This document shows, one piece after another, positions 25,246-37,999 of a stretch of DNA of 64,000 bases; position 1 is the first letter of the stretch, and each line of letters opens with the position of its first letter. Made by a program: the position numbers and the translations under genes. The stretch is from Octopus vulgaris. Its lineage: Eukaryota. The notes below the pieces were generated by a model. That model made no database searches. It had not been told where the DNA came from and worked only from the letters and a program-made list of their open reading frames with translations. The DNA lies in NCBI GenBank assembly GCA_951406725.2, contig OX597821.1, forward strand, positions 54,002,001-54,066,000. The letters run 5' to 3'.

Positions 25246-25650
25246 TGTCATTGATACAATTTATCAGGCCTACACGAGCGACGATTACCCATGCGGTCTA
25301 ATCGATTGCATTCAGGGTTGTAGTTACAAGTTCCCCGCCAAAAGCATATGCTAAGACTTAGTGGAAGCGGATACCGCATGTAATATTTACTGCAGTGTAT
25401 CAATTTCATAAATTCAAAAATAAGGGTGAAAAATTAGATATTAATTTAATAATACCATTAGTTTAACACCAAGTGACCTTGCATTTATGAAATTGATACG
25501 CTGCAGTAAATATTACATGCGGTATCCACTTCCACTAAGTCTTAGCATATGCTTTTGGCGGGGAACTTGCAACTACAACCCTGAATGCAATCGATTAGAC
25601 CACATGGGTAATCGTCGCCCGTGTAGGCCTGATAAATTGAATCAATGACA

Positions 25651-25729
25651 AATGTTGCTGATGATTTATAGATATATATGTGAGTATAATTTGAATATTA
25701 TATTGATAAAGAAACAATTGTACAACATT
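25651..25729 (+). ncRNA. Type I hammerhead ribozyme, intact core (plus copy)
   Basis: AATGTTG-CTGATGA-TTTAT...ATAAA-GAAA-CAATTG-TA-CAACATT, with a 7-bp stem I. Predicted cleavage after GUA at 25722. Confidence 0.88.
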
Positions 25730-26019
25730 AATCTATTTTTTAGTTGTTTTTCACTTTCCTTACGTTGAGGCTAGTGCTATTTCTATGTGGAGGTATCATC
25801 GGCGGCTATACCAGAATACGGAGCTATTTCTAGCACTAGAGTTGACCTATTTAACGTTAACTCTTTTATATTTACGGATAAATATGTATCATCTCCCTGG
25901 TTTGTTATGTGCTAGGTCGCTCGGTGTTAAACTAATGGTATTATTAAATTAATATCTAATTTTTCACCCTTATTTTTGAATGTATATATATAATCTCTCT
26001 GGATCTTTCCTTCTCCTAT

Positions 26020-26054
26020 GTTTCTGACGAAGAGCTCCGCTCGAAACGTTAAAC
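26020..26054 (+). ncRNA. Minimal PLE-type hammerhead in a short repeat (25992-26155)
   Basis: GTTT-CTGACGA-A-GAGC-TCC-GCTC-GAAA-CG-TT-AAAC. Confidence 0.72.
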
Positions 26055-26799
26055 CCTCCTTCTTTCCTTCTTTCCTGAGCGTCCAATAATACTATATTTG
26101 TTCCACGTCCTCGCGTTGTTGTGTTTTTTGTGCTTTCTTGTTTGGATTAACTTTATATATATATATATAACAATAAACTACATCCAGCAGCAATGCCACT
26201 GATCTGGAGACTGGATGATCTGAGGAGTATGGAAACACATCTTTATTGTTATTGTTCCCAGGTTCTCCTGGTAGATAAAGGTCACACAGTGACACCCCCA
26301 ATGCCACCAAACTTTAACTTAAAATCTTCCTGCCAGTCACTCTGGCTGAGGAAGGTGAGGGCCTATAGATTTGGAGCTACAACTTCACAGGTGATCTTCA
26401 AAGATCTGGAGTCAGCATGTCACACCATGGCTGCCACAAAACAAGGGCCTGGTGTCATAGTGTATGATTTTCTGCCCAACAAGCTGTCGTCCACCTTAAA
26501 CAATTTCATGCCAATGGCTCATTTCAGCATCTTCTTCTGCTTCTTTCCTACTCCCCAAGTTTTACAAAAGTCCAAAGGTGATGGTATAAGGATGTTGGGA
26601 GCAGGCTGTAATGTAGCAGGAAGCTCCTGGTCCAGAGCTGCACTTCAGCAGCAGTTATGTGATGGTCAGTTTCCTATGACCTATGATGACACAGGAATCT
26701 GATCCTGCACCTGCGACTGGGCAGTCCTTTTTAGGAGTACTGCTGCCCACCTCAAATTGAGAAGGTCCAGTAGTCACATTATACACCTGGTTTATGGAA

Positions 26800-28605
26800 C
26801 TGCATTAGTGGGTCCTGCAATGTACGAACTCTCTTAGACTGAAAGGGCACAGAGTGTTCTGAGCAAAGAACAGTACTCGTTTCAAAGGAACTTGCCAGAT
26901 TCAAAGTTGACATTGCTGCTTTAAGTGAGACCTGCATACCAGAAGAAGGCCAGTGAGAAGAAACCAGAGCTTGTTACCCCTTCTTTTGGAAGGGCAAAAT
27001 CCAGAAAGGTCTGCATGACTATGGTGCTGGTTTCTACCATCAGGAGTCAGCTTGTCAGAAAGCACAGCCTGGCATCCAAAGCCATCAACAAGCACCTCAT
27101 AATAATATGCATTCCATGTCCTAAGATAATATGCATCCCACTTCATGACCCAGATATCTGCTTATGCCCCAGTACTTGATGCAGAGGAAGACATCAAAGA
27201 GGCATTTTAGCAGCAACTGGGTACCACTGTCTGACATGTTCCAAGGAGAGACCACCTCCTGCTCTTGGATGACTTTAATGCTTGAGTAGAACAGGACCAC
27301 CGATTATGGCCAAATATAACTAAGAGAGAAGAAATTGGAAACTGTAATGAAAATGGTCAGCTCCTTCTTGGCACCTGTGCTGAACATGAGCTGTTCATCA
27401 CAAGTACCCAGTCACAACTCACGACCTGGCATAAAACAACCTGGAAATACCCACAATCAAAAAAGTGGCACACTCTTGACTACATTGTAAGGTAGTGCCA
27501 TAAGAAGGACATTCTCATTGTCAGACGTATACCAGGGCTGATGACTGCAGGAAAGATCACCATCTGCTAATCACAAGACTAAAGTTAAACCTTTGTAGTA
27601 AACACTGAAATTGTTTACAAAATGAGGCAAGAAAATGGTATGATCTGACCAAGTTATGAGACCCAACTGTATCTGAGAACTTACAAATGGAATTCTAGCA
27701 GTGCCTTGCTTTGAACCCACCCAATAGGAAATCAATGAACACGGACTGAAATTTGAGAAGTGGTAAAAGATGCAGTTGAAATAGCCATTGGATTTAGAAG
27801 AAGGCAAACCAAGACTGATTTGATTAGTAAAGGCCTTGAAATGACAATGCTAACAGATGCAAAATGAAAAGCTTGAATTAGCTATGATCAAGACCCACAA
27901 TCGATAGAAGGAAACAGGTGGAATTTTAACGTCTGAAAGCTTAATGTCGAACCACACTAAAGGAAATGCAAAATAACCAATGGAAACAAAAGGGGCCGAA
28001 GAACTGCAGCACTTTGCCAACACCAGAGATCATTGCATCTTTAATGCAGGAACCAAGGTGATATATTGTCTGATCCAGTCCAGTCTGTAGTGGGGACCCT
28101 CCTGTCAGTAGACAACACCCGCTTGATGGAGAGTAATGGCATCCTTACATGACAGATAGAGGTCATGTTGGAACATTTCAATGCCCTGCTCAATAGGGAT
28201 ACAACTATTACAGATGATTGTCTAAACAAAGTTCCACAATACCTCCCTCAACTTTGGATGTCTGTTCCACCCATCTACAATGGATTTCATGTAGCATTGA
28301 GGTACATGCACCACAGAAAAGGTGCAGGTCCACACGAAATTCCTGCAGAGGTCCTCCTCCTACATGGTGGTCTACCCTTAATGATCCACCTGCACCCTTT
28401 GATCCTAGGAATGTGGGAAGCCAAATACATTGCAAATGAGTTTAAAGATGCACTCATTGTCACAATATTTAAGAAACGGGATTGTAACATCTGTGGCATT
28501 TACCTTGGTATATCATTATTCTCCATCACAAGGAAAATTCTTGCCGAAGAAACTCTGAACAGATTAGAAAACTTTGCAGACAACAGTCTGCCAGATGTTC
28601 TCTGA
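26800..28605 (+). mobile_element. RTE-clade LINE, APE endonuclease to start of RT, pseudogene
   Basis: DIAALSET...FFWKG, SAYAP, LLLDDFNA, NENGQLLL, WHTLDY, then KGAGPHEIPAEV and FKDALIVTIFKK...GISLFSITRKILA. Confidence 0.9.
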
Positions 28606-28742
28606 AGAGTACTATTATAAATCAAAATTCCCAGGAAATGACTGCCAACCAATGCACATATATATATGTACAAAATGTAACCACATGTGAATTGTTGGTG
28701 ATCTTTTTTCTTCTGTCTTTCTTTTCTATTCGACTTTCCTCT

Positions 28743-28777
28743 GTTTCTGAAGAAGAGCTTTGCTCGAAATGTAAAAC
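28743..28777 (+). ncRNA. Minimal PLE-type hammerhead (same repeat family as 26020)
   Basis: GTTT-CTGAAGA-A-GAGC-TTT-GCTC-GAAA-TG-TA-AAAC, with CG>TG decay in stem III. The downstream flank is similar to 26055-26150. Confidence 0.68.
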
Positions 28778-28918
28778 CACCTTTCTTTCCTTCCCCGAGT
28801 ATCTGCTAATATTTTACATGTACCACGTCCTTGCATTGTTGTATCTTTTGTGTTTGTTCTTCATTTTTTGGGATTTACATATATATATGTGTGTGTGTGT
28901 AAACATATATATACACAT

Positions 28919-28965
<47 letters not shown>

Positions 28966-29099
28966 CACACACACACAAACACAAACATATATATATATAT
29001 ATATACATAGTTGGAATTTACAAAAAAACAAAAGTCGAAGACAGGTGTGTAAGCAACAAACAGGTGTATTAGTTTAATGCCTGGGAAGGTGAGAAAGTC

Positions 29100-29134
29100 T
29101 TTTACGTTTCGAGCCTACATTCTTCAACAGAAAA
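29100..29134 (-). ncRNA. Decayed minimal hammerhead-like motif
   Basis: Minus strand reads TTTT-CTGTTGA-AGAATGTAGGCTC-GAAA-CG-TA-AAAG. The core and stem II are damaged. The host repeat (29010-29180) is related to 26020 and 28743. Confidence 0.45.
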
Positions 29135-29229
29135 TAAACAGAGAGAGAATAAAAAAAAGCTTTAGTAGCTAGCAGTCAATCATGGCAATATATATACATA
29201 CACACACACATATATATTATATATTTTAT

Positions 29230-30750
29230 ATATACTATTGAACATTGGTAGGGGCATTATGGTGGTCATAATAAACACACACTGGTTCAGTCCTTTATTG
29301 TTATTGTTAGTTAATGGGTTAGTTACATCACTAACAAATTTATCGATCAGCCGTTTTCTTTCTCTAGTTTTTCTAACTTGTATGTTAAACACTTTAGTCA
29401 AACAGTTAATCGATTGTTCAAATGTTCAGTATTGTTCATACTGCCATTTCTTATTTTATTTTTATTTGCCAAATAATTATTTCATAACATTTTTGAAATC
29501 TCTTCAGTGACACGTCTCTCTACTTCCATTTTGTTTAAAACTTATGTTCCAGTTTGGGGATTTGTCCGAGTTCTGCCCGAGATGAGTATCTGAGTGTGTG
29601 TATGTCTGGATGTGTGTGTGTTTATATGTAAGTATGTGTGTCTGTATGTGTGTATTTAAATACTAACTTATGTCATTTTTCGTATGCATAAGATAAAGTT
29701 TTGGATCTTTTCCTTTTGAAAGGCACTTTGTAACAAAATTAAATAGAGAATATACTATATTAATATAACCTAAGAGAAAGCTCAAGGTATCCTAAAAAAG
29801 CTATAATACCTAGCTGTGCTACTGTCGTGGTGGCTTCTTACATTTGTGCTGTTACTGTAGTGGTAATGTCCTAACCTCCACCTAATCTTAGTGAATATTT
29901 TGTTAATTTTGGACAGACAATTGGTCTTACTGACCTTCTTATACTTGGCATACTTTGGTGGTAATCCTAGGGCACACATTTCGTTTTTATCCAGTTGTAT
30001 TGCACCATACACTCCAGGTGTGTGATTGTTATCATTTGTGATAGAGTTGTAGTTCGCTGTCTGACATCACAAATCCGTCGATGTTGTTTGGGTATCTGCT
30101 TTTGTTTCTCACATGTTGTTGTGGTTGTCATTGTTGTCTCATCCATTTCAATTCGTTACTGAAGTGTTTGTTACAGGCTCGGTTTATGCAGTTATACTCT
30201 CGTTGGATTATCTCTACGAGTCTTAATCCCTCGTATGGTGGAATTATGTTCTTGAGTTTCTCTTGCAGGATTCTTTTTCTCTTTTGGCACTGGCTAATTT
30301 CTTTGTGTATTCTCTTTTTGATGTTGATCAGTAGCGTGAGCCTTAGTCTACCAGCTTGACCTTCTGTGAGCCTGAGTCATTTTACAGTTGAGTTGAGGCC
30401 TTGATATATATAGCTTGGAAATGATACAGTTCTTAATAAAGTGAGGCTGTCTGGTGGTTATTTTGATTTTTAGACTGCAGAACACAGTGTCCTTCAACAT
30501 CTTGCTGGCTTGGCTGGAGCTTATCATAGGTCGTATTTGTATTTGATTTGCCTGATTCTTGATGTGAATTCGTGTGTTGAAAGAAATACTATTGAATCTT
30601 GGGAGAGGCATTATTTCGGTAGTAATAACCACATGCACTTGTTTGGTCTTTTACTGTTATTGTTAGTAAGCAGGTTAGTTACACCACTAATAAATGTATC
30701 AATCAGCCATTTACATAATAACAATAAAGGGCTGAACCAGGGCGTGACAC
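29230..30750 (-). mobile_element. Truncated Penelope-like element (N-terminal ORF remnant between diverged direct repeats)
   Basis: Direct repeats 29232-29352 and 30586-30710, plus an inverted stub at 30716-30740. The minus peptide QLDKNEMCALGLPPKYA...INKIFTKIRW resembles the LxxxExxxLxLGPKF region that precedes PLE RTs. Confidence 0.55.
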
Positions 30751-30914
30751 TGTCATGGTATTAGCTGTCAGAAGTGAAAGTAGAAAAATCTGTCGTCAAC
30801 TTCGTGTATTTATGTCAGGTTTATACCTTCGTTAATTTACGCCGTTTATTTACGTACCACCACGCTGTTAGGTTTATAAAACAATTGAAGTTCAGTTTAA
30901 AGTTTACAAATAAG

Positions 30915-31152
30915 ACCAGCAGTTGCCCATTCATACCGGCCTCCCCTCTCCACACCACTAGTGTTATCCAAGGGAAAGGCAACATCAGATGCTGCTTGGC
31001 ACCTGTGATGTAACTCATTTCTACAGCTGAGTGAACTGGAGCAACGTGAATAGTGTCTTGCTCAAGAACACAACATGCAGCCTGGTCCAGGATTCGAACT
31101 CACAACCTCATGATCGTAAGCTCGACGCTCTAACCACTGAGCCATGCGCCTT
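30915..31152 (-). mobile_element. SINE family B with tRNA head
   Basis: Minus strand GAAGGCGCATGGCTCAGTGGTTAGAGCGTCGAGCTTACGATCATGAGGTTGTGAGTTCGAATCC. The body matches 9564-9860. Confidence 0.85.
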
Positions 31153-31199
31153 CACACACACACATAATATATATATATATATACATATTTACTACAGAA

Positions 31200-31592
31200 C
31201 AAAAGTAAAGCATAAGGAAATAGTCATTGGACTGTGGTGCCACCTTACAGGGTTTTAGTCAAATAAGCAAATCAACCCCAGTACTTTTTTTTTATCATAT
31301 AAGCCTGGTACTTATTCTGTCAGTTTCTTTTACCAAACTGCTAAGTCATAGAGCCATGCACAAATCGAACCCAGCTGGCAAGGGATGGTGAGGAACAAGT
31401 ACATACACAAATACACATACACATAGATATATATACATACTTGCATACATATGATGGGCTTCAGTTCCCATCAACCATATCCATTCACAAGGATTTGTTT
31501 GGCCAAGCCTATAGCAGAAGACACTTGATCAAGGTGCCATGCAGTGGGATTGAACTATGGTTGGGAAGCAAGCTTCTTACCACACAGCCACA
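31200..31592 (-). mobile_element. SINE family A, diverged
   Basis: Collinear with the reverse complement of 5178-5602. Confidence 0.75.
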
Positions 31593-33174
31593 TATTTCTC
31601 TTGAAATTACAAAATTGCAAGATAACTGTTTAATTTCAACAATTTATTATTTACTCCATATATACATATATCTTGGCCTTTGAAGTCTTTTCTACAAGTC
31701 ATTTTTCTTGGTAATAAATTGTATTGAATGAAGTATTTCATTTCGAGACAGATTGCATTTCAAGGAGTTCACCATTTGTGAGTTGCTATTGTATTATGTA
31801 TATCATTCTCAAAACAAATGTATAGATGTGAGAAAAATTTAATCTACTGGAAAAGAGAAAAAAAAATTTATCCATCAAAAACCGTGTTCATCTGATTTAA
31901 CATCTTTTAACAAATATGCATAATGTTTTATAGACTTGCAACATTGCTTATCTCTTTAATGTCTATACACATATTCTTGAAATATTCGAAACAGAATTCA
32001 TTGCAATAAATACAGGCTTATGTAAAACTGATGAGTTGACTATAACCAGCATGCCAATAAAACATATTGGACACATAAAATAAAAACTTAATTAATATTT
32101 ATGATAATTTCAGCTGAAAAATAACTATTACTCCTCACCCGGTTATGAAAATTTTATAAATATTATTTGCAACGTAATTATAAAACACATTCATAATAGC
32201 AAACCTAATGAAAATTTTGAATTTACATATAATTCTGTGAATTAGATTCTCTAACCTGTAATGAAATATAGAAATTTTCAATTTTTGACAATGCAACCAC
32301 CTACCACAGTAAAGCATTAGGAGCTAAGCAACTGGAAAATAAGATTATATATACACCTAATTCCCCACTGTCCAAGAGTAAGAAAAAATACTGAAACAGT
32401 ATATGAGTTATCCTCTCCCTCTTATTAAATATTAGGTCTAAAAGCCTTCCAGCACAAATAAATAAACAATTCTCTATTTATAGCTGATACAGAAAATAAT
32501 TTGATAGAAATAATTTGAAACTGAGTTTTAGTTGTACAATCAATAAGAGAAACTTTATAACAAACCAACCAAATTAGCTGAGGAGAATAAATGAATGCAC
32601 TTTAAATCAGCCAAGCAACACTGAAGTGTTGCATGGTGATGCATTGTAAGGGATAAAACAATGTGGTGTATGATATTATATCACTAAGCATTGTATACCA
32701 TTATGGTGTATGGCTTGTATTGTAGTGTGCTATATGTAGTAATATAATATAGTGAGGTATAGTACAGTATAATGAAGTGTATTGCAGCATGGTTTAAGTG
32801 TGGAATATTATTGTATAGTGCCGTGTGATATAGTACAGTGTAACACAATGCATGTTCAGTATGGTGCAGCTTGGTATTGAAGTCAAGAAATGTTACATCA
32901 GGAAATGTACCCATGATCAGCATTTCTCTTGCTGGTTCATATTCCATTTTAAATCCGTCAAATAATTACCAGTTTCATTCATCCACAATGCCTTAATTCT
33001 TTAGGCACATATGCTATAATTCCACCACAACAACATACTATAAGCATTTACTTTAAGTACAGTTTTCTTGCTTAAGGGGTTGGCATAGGGATCACCAGTA
33101 TGGAACTTAACATGATTCCTATTTTGTGGCAGTGTTTTACAGTCAGATAACCCTTTCATCACCAATCCTTTTAG

Positions 33175-33510
33175 GTGCCACATAAAAAGGCACCCATGCC
33201 AGTTTCACATAAAAGGGCATCTGTGCCAGTGCATCATAAAAAGGCACGTGTGCTAGTTTCATATAAAAGGGCATCTGTGCCAGTGCCTCATAAAAGACAC
33301 CTGTGCCAGTTTCATATAAAAGGGCATCTGTGCCAGTGCATTATAAAAAGGCACCTGTGCCAGTTTCATATAAAAGGGCATCTGTGCCAGTGCTTCATAA
33401 AAAGGCACCTGTGCCAGTGACACATAAAAGCACTGGTGCTGGTGCCATGTATGAAACACCTGTGCTGGTGCCATGTATAAAACAACTGTGCTAGTTCCAT
33501 GTAAAAAGCA
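33175..33510 (+). repeat. ~23-bp minisatellite with alternating variants
   Basis: CATATAAAAGGGCATCTGTGCCAGTG and CATAAAAAGGCACCTGTGCCAGTTT units, about 14 copies, running into the (GAT)n retroposon 3' module. Confidence 0.9.
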
Positions 33511-34121
33511 CATTACACACTGTAAAGTAGTTGGCATTGGGAAGGGCATCCAGCCATAGAAACCAGGCTAAAACAGACAATTGAAGTTTGGGCAGATCCA
33601 AACCATGGAAATAGCATAGAAAAAAAGACAGTGAACGATGACAATGATGATTATGACACTTTTAGGCATCTCTTACAACACACAGGATTATGGTACATAT
33701 AATCTAAAACAAGAAGACAATGACTATAATTCTGCCATATCATCTATTCATTTAGCGACATAACAGAGACATTGCCAAGGTAACAGATTTGTTGCAGAGA
33801 GCAGACATCATGATTCTTATGGATAATGATTCTAAGTTCAATTCTTCTTATACTTGCTATTACCAATTCTTCATCTTGGTGCATTATAAAACAAGAACCA
33901 ATCATTAAAAGATATTAATTTAATTGATAAGTCTTGCTCTGCTCTGTTCAAACAGAATCATGGACAATATTGCTTTCAAGAATAAAAACCTACTGGCCAC
34001 AAAATTTCAGATAAGCTAAATTAGTGGGTAAATACTTCTATGTTTATCTATAATTCAATGACAGAGGTTGGAACAGAATATGTTCTTTTGAGAGTTTTCA
34101 ATCTCATTATTTATATATATA

Positions 34122-34175
<54 letters not shown>

Positions 34176-34905
34176 ACAAACATTTTCTTTCCACTCCACT
34201 AACCTTCAAAATACATGAAAATAAATGTAATTTCAAAACTTCTTAATGTCTTAAATGAAGTGACTCTCGCAACCTGGGAGCAATATTCATGTGACATGTT
34301 GGATGGCATTGCATTAAAATATCATTCAGTACTACAAAGCTTTTACCTTGAGAATAAAATTAAGGGATAAATATTTTTATATTGAGTTCTGTATAGTATA
34401 TTATATATTATGTGATATATTGTATATCATATTTGATATCACATCTTATGTTTCTATTTCAAGTTATATGCTATATTTCCATTTCATATTATATGTTATA
34501 TTATATATAAACATATGTTATAAGCTATATGATATATATATATAATATTTTATTACATATATTTTATTATATATATGATATATTATATATTATATTTAAT
34601 ATTACATCCATTACATCCTTTGTTCCTATTTCATGTTATATGCTATATTTTCATTTCATATTATGTGCTATTATATATATGTTATAAGCTATATAATATA
34701 TATAAAATATTTTATTTCATATGAAATATGTTTTTATTTTATATCACTTGGATATTGATAATCATGACATATTTTAAATTCAGGGATTATTTTCTTCATT
34801 ATCTTTCTCCATTTCAGATAAATACTTAAAGAAAAAGAAATGGAAAGTTCATAGATGCTCATGATGTTGTGAGTGTCATTAATTTTTTTATAAAGCAAAT
34901 ATTGA

Positions 34906-34974
<69 letters not shown>

Positions 34975-35428
34975 CTGTATATGTCTGTATAGCCACAGCA
35001 GTATGTACATACAAACATGCTCAGAAATATATATATATATATATATATATGCCGTATAGTTGTAGGCTTGGGCATGTGGTTAAGAAGCTAGCTTCCCAAC
35101 TATGTGGTTTGGGGTTCAGTCTTACTTGGACAAGTGATCTCTATTATAGCCCCAGGCTGATTAAAGTCCTGTGAGTGGATTTCATTGACAGAAACTGAAA
35201 GAAGTCCACCTGCCCTCACATGGCAGCAAGTGCAATGACTCAAACAAGTAAAAACTAATGAATGAATGAATGCATGTATGTATGTATACCCATAATTATT
35301 TATATTTATATATTAGGGCAGTGCTCCAGCATGGCCACAGTCAAATGACTGAAACAAGTAAAAGAATATATACATCAAATGTAAATATGTATGTGTGCAT
35401 GTGTGCATGAATATGTATGCATACATGC

Positions 35429-35475
<47 letters not shown>

Positions 35476-36280
35476 CACACACATAACTATATATATGTAT
35501 ACACACACAGACACACATACATATATATAGATATATATATCAAACTTTGAGTATGAATACATACATATTATGTATACACACATATACAAATGCATATATC
35601 AATAGCTCTGTTTATATATATATATATATGTATACATAAGGAGAGAGAATAAAATGCAGAAAAGTTTCATTATACATATAATTCATAATTTAAGTGTGTT
35701 CTACACCTGTTTAAAGAGAGTAAAAGATTTAGCAGTTATATAATTATGTTATTAACATATATAATTAATTAACTGAGATATATGAGTTACCCATTTCTGC
35801 AGAAGTTAAAAAAGAAAACTACAAACCAAAACTGTTTTTGCTGATAAATCCTAAGCAGTATTTTGATTTCCAATTTTTCAAAATGCATGGAAGAGACTAT
35901 ATTTTTGTATGTGTTTGTGTATGAACTTTATGTGTACATATATCAAATACTCACAGAAGTATGGCAACACATACAAAAATACATGACACATAGATGACCA
36001 TGCTCACATACTGAACAACTCATTTTTCACATTTCTCACACACCCATAGTAGTATGCACACACACACACACACACATACATACAGACACATGTACCACTC
36101 AATTTCCAATAGACAGCAACCAGCAGGTATACAAACATAGAAACACTCACAATGCATTATGATGGGTAGACATGTTTCTGTGTCTACATGCATAAATATA
36201 GGAACATACCAATATAGGAGACACACACACACATATATACATATGTATGCATAGATAAATATTGATATAGATATATATAT

Positions 36281-36320
<40 letters not shown>

Positions 36321-36346
36321 ATATTCATAGATATATATGCACATGC

Positions 36347-36395
<49 letters not shown>

Positions 36396-37613
36396 CACAC
36401 GTGTACACACACATTTAATATATATATTTACACAACATGCACACACACTAGCAAACATATTTATGCATGTGAATATCATAGATAGCAAGTATAAACATAT
36501 TTTATGAATGAACCACGAAATATTGTGCAATTATTGTTGAAACCTTAACAAAACTACACTAAAAGCTGCACTTGCAAAATCATATATTTCTTCATTTTAT
36601 ACCTAAGAGCTTTTACTTTTTAGGAACAAGCATCTCAAAATCTTTCCTATTTCCTTAGTATTGCATGAATAAAAAGATTTGGCAATCACAAAAAAACAAC
36701 AGTATCAAAAATGTTTAAAAAACCATCAACCTAAAAATCAATTTAATAAAATTATTTTTAAGATCTACATGAAGGGAAATAAGAGAATATTGAAAGATAC
36801 AGCAAGAATTTTCAAGGAAATGATTTTCATTGCATGCTTAAAAGGTTTTAAAACAAACAATTTTAATAGCTTATAGAAATATTTGAGCTCTCAAAATAAT
36901 TTCATTCTGAATCTATATCTTTAGTAATATATCTGAAGAATTCTTTAAAGTTTTAAATTTAATTTAATTGAGAAATGCTAGCTAAGGAATATGGGAAAAG
37001 ATTGTCTGATAAAGCATCTGACCATTTATGGAGTTTTCATAGTACTTACAATAGCACATATAGGTATAATTATTTGTATGCAAGTATAGGCATGTGTATG
37101 ACATGCTCATTTTCACTCATTTTTCATGACAGAAAAGGTTGGGTTGATCTTCTCTAGCACAGTTCTCTGCTACTTATTGCAGGCTTTTTGGCAGATGATT
37201 GCATATATGTGTGTGTGTGTGTGTGTTATTATCATCATCATTATTATTTAACGTTTGTCTTGCCTTGGACGTTTCGACAAGAGTTGCTATGCTAGAAAGC
37301 TGAACCAGGTTCCACCCTTTGCTTTGGCATGATTTCTATGGCTTGGATACCCTTTCCTAATGCCAACTACAACACAGAGTGCATAGGGTGCTCTTTATAT
37401 GGTACCGGCACTGGTGCTTTTTGTGTCACCAACAACAATGGGGTCACCATGTGACTTGTGGGATTAAAACCCCTCTGAGAGTTTAGATTATAATAGAGAT
37501 ATAGGTGTCTTTCTATGGAGGAGATACTTGGCTGCCCCAGTAGTGAGAGGAAGGAGAGATAGGGTTAGAGAAACACCTAGAGAGACTGTCAAAATATGTG
37601 TGTGTGTGTGTGT

Positions 37614-37645
<32 letters not shown>

Positions 37646-37999
37646 AAGAGACAGGCAGAAAGAAAGAGAAACAGATGGTGTTGGAGATGTAATATACATA
37701 CATTCTAGAGCCTTAAGAAAGATCTAATTCACACCCTTAATTCTTCAGGGCTTAAAGATACAATAAAAACCATTTTTAATTTCCTCAATGTGGCATTAGG
37801 TTTTACATAGGTACCTATAAACATTTTAAAAAATTGAACAAGAGGCTGGAATATATTAAAACAGGTTCCTGCCACCCAACCATATTTTTCAGAAGCCTGA
37901 TAGAGGATGTTAACTAAAAATTTCCAGTCTATCTTCAAGTAAGGAGATTTTGGAAACCATAATCCTGTACTACAAGGCCCTAGCAGCCAGAGATTTTGA

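Larger units (their letters stand above)
25035..25981. mobile_element. Back-to-back pair of circularly permuted 497-bp HHR units within (TA)n
   Basis: Minus copy at 25035-25478 and plus copy at 25483-25981, highly similar. The two ends of the plus copy are contiguous in the minus copy at ~25413. Confidence 0.9.

Noticed and set aside
26193-26702. 169-aa ORF
   Set aside because: No recognisable domain. It lies just upstream of the RTE LINE and is probably part of its decayed 5' region.
33175-33510. CRISPR-like array
   Set aside because: Contiguous tandem units without unique spacers, in eukaryotic repeat DNA with no cas genes.
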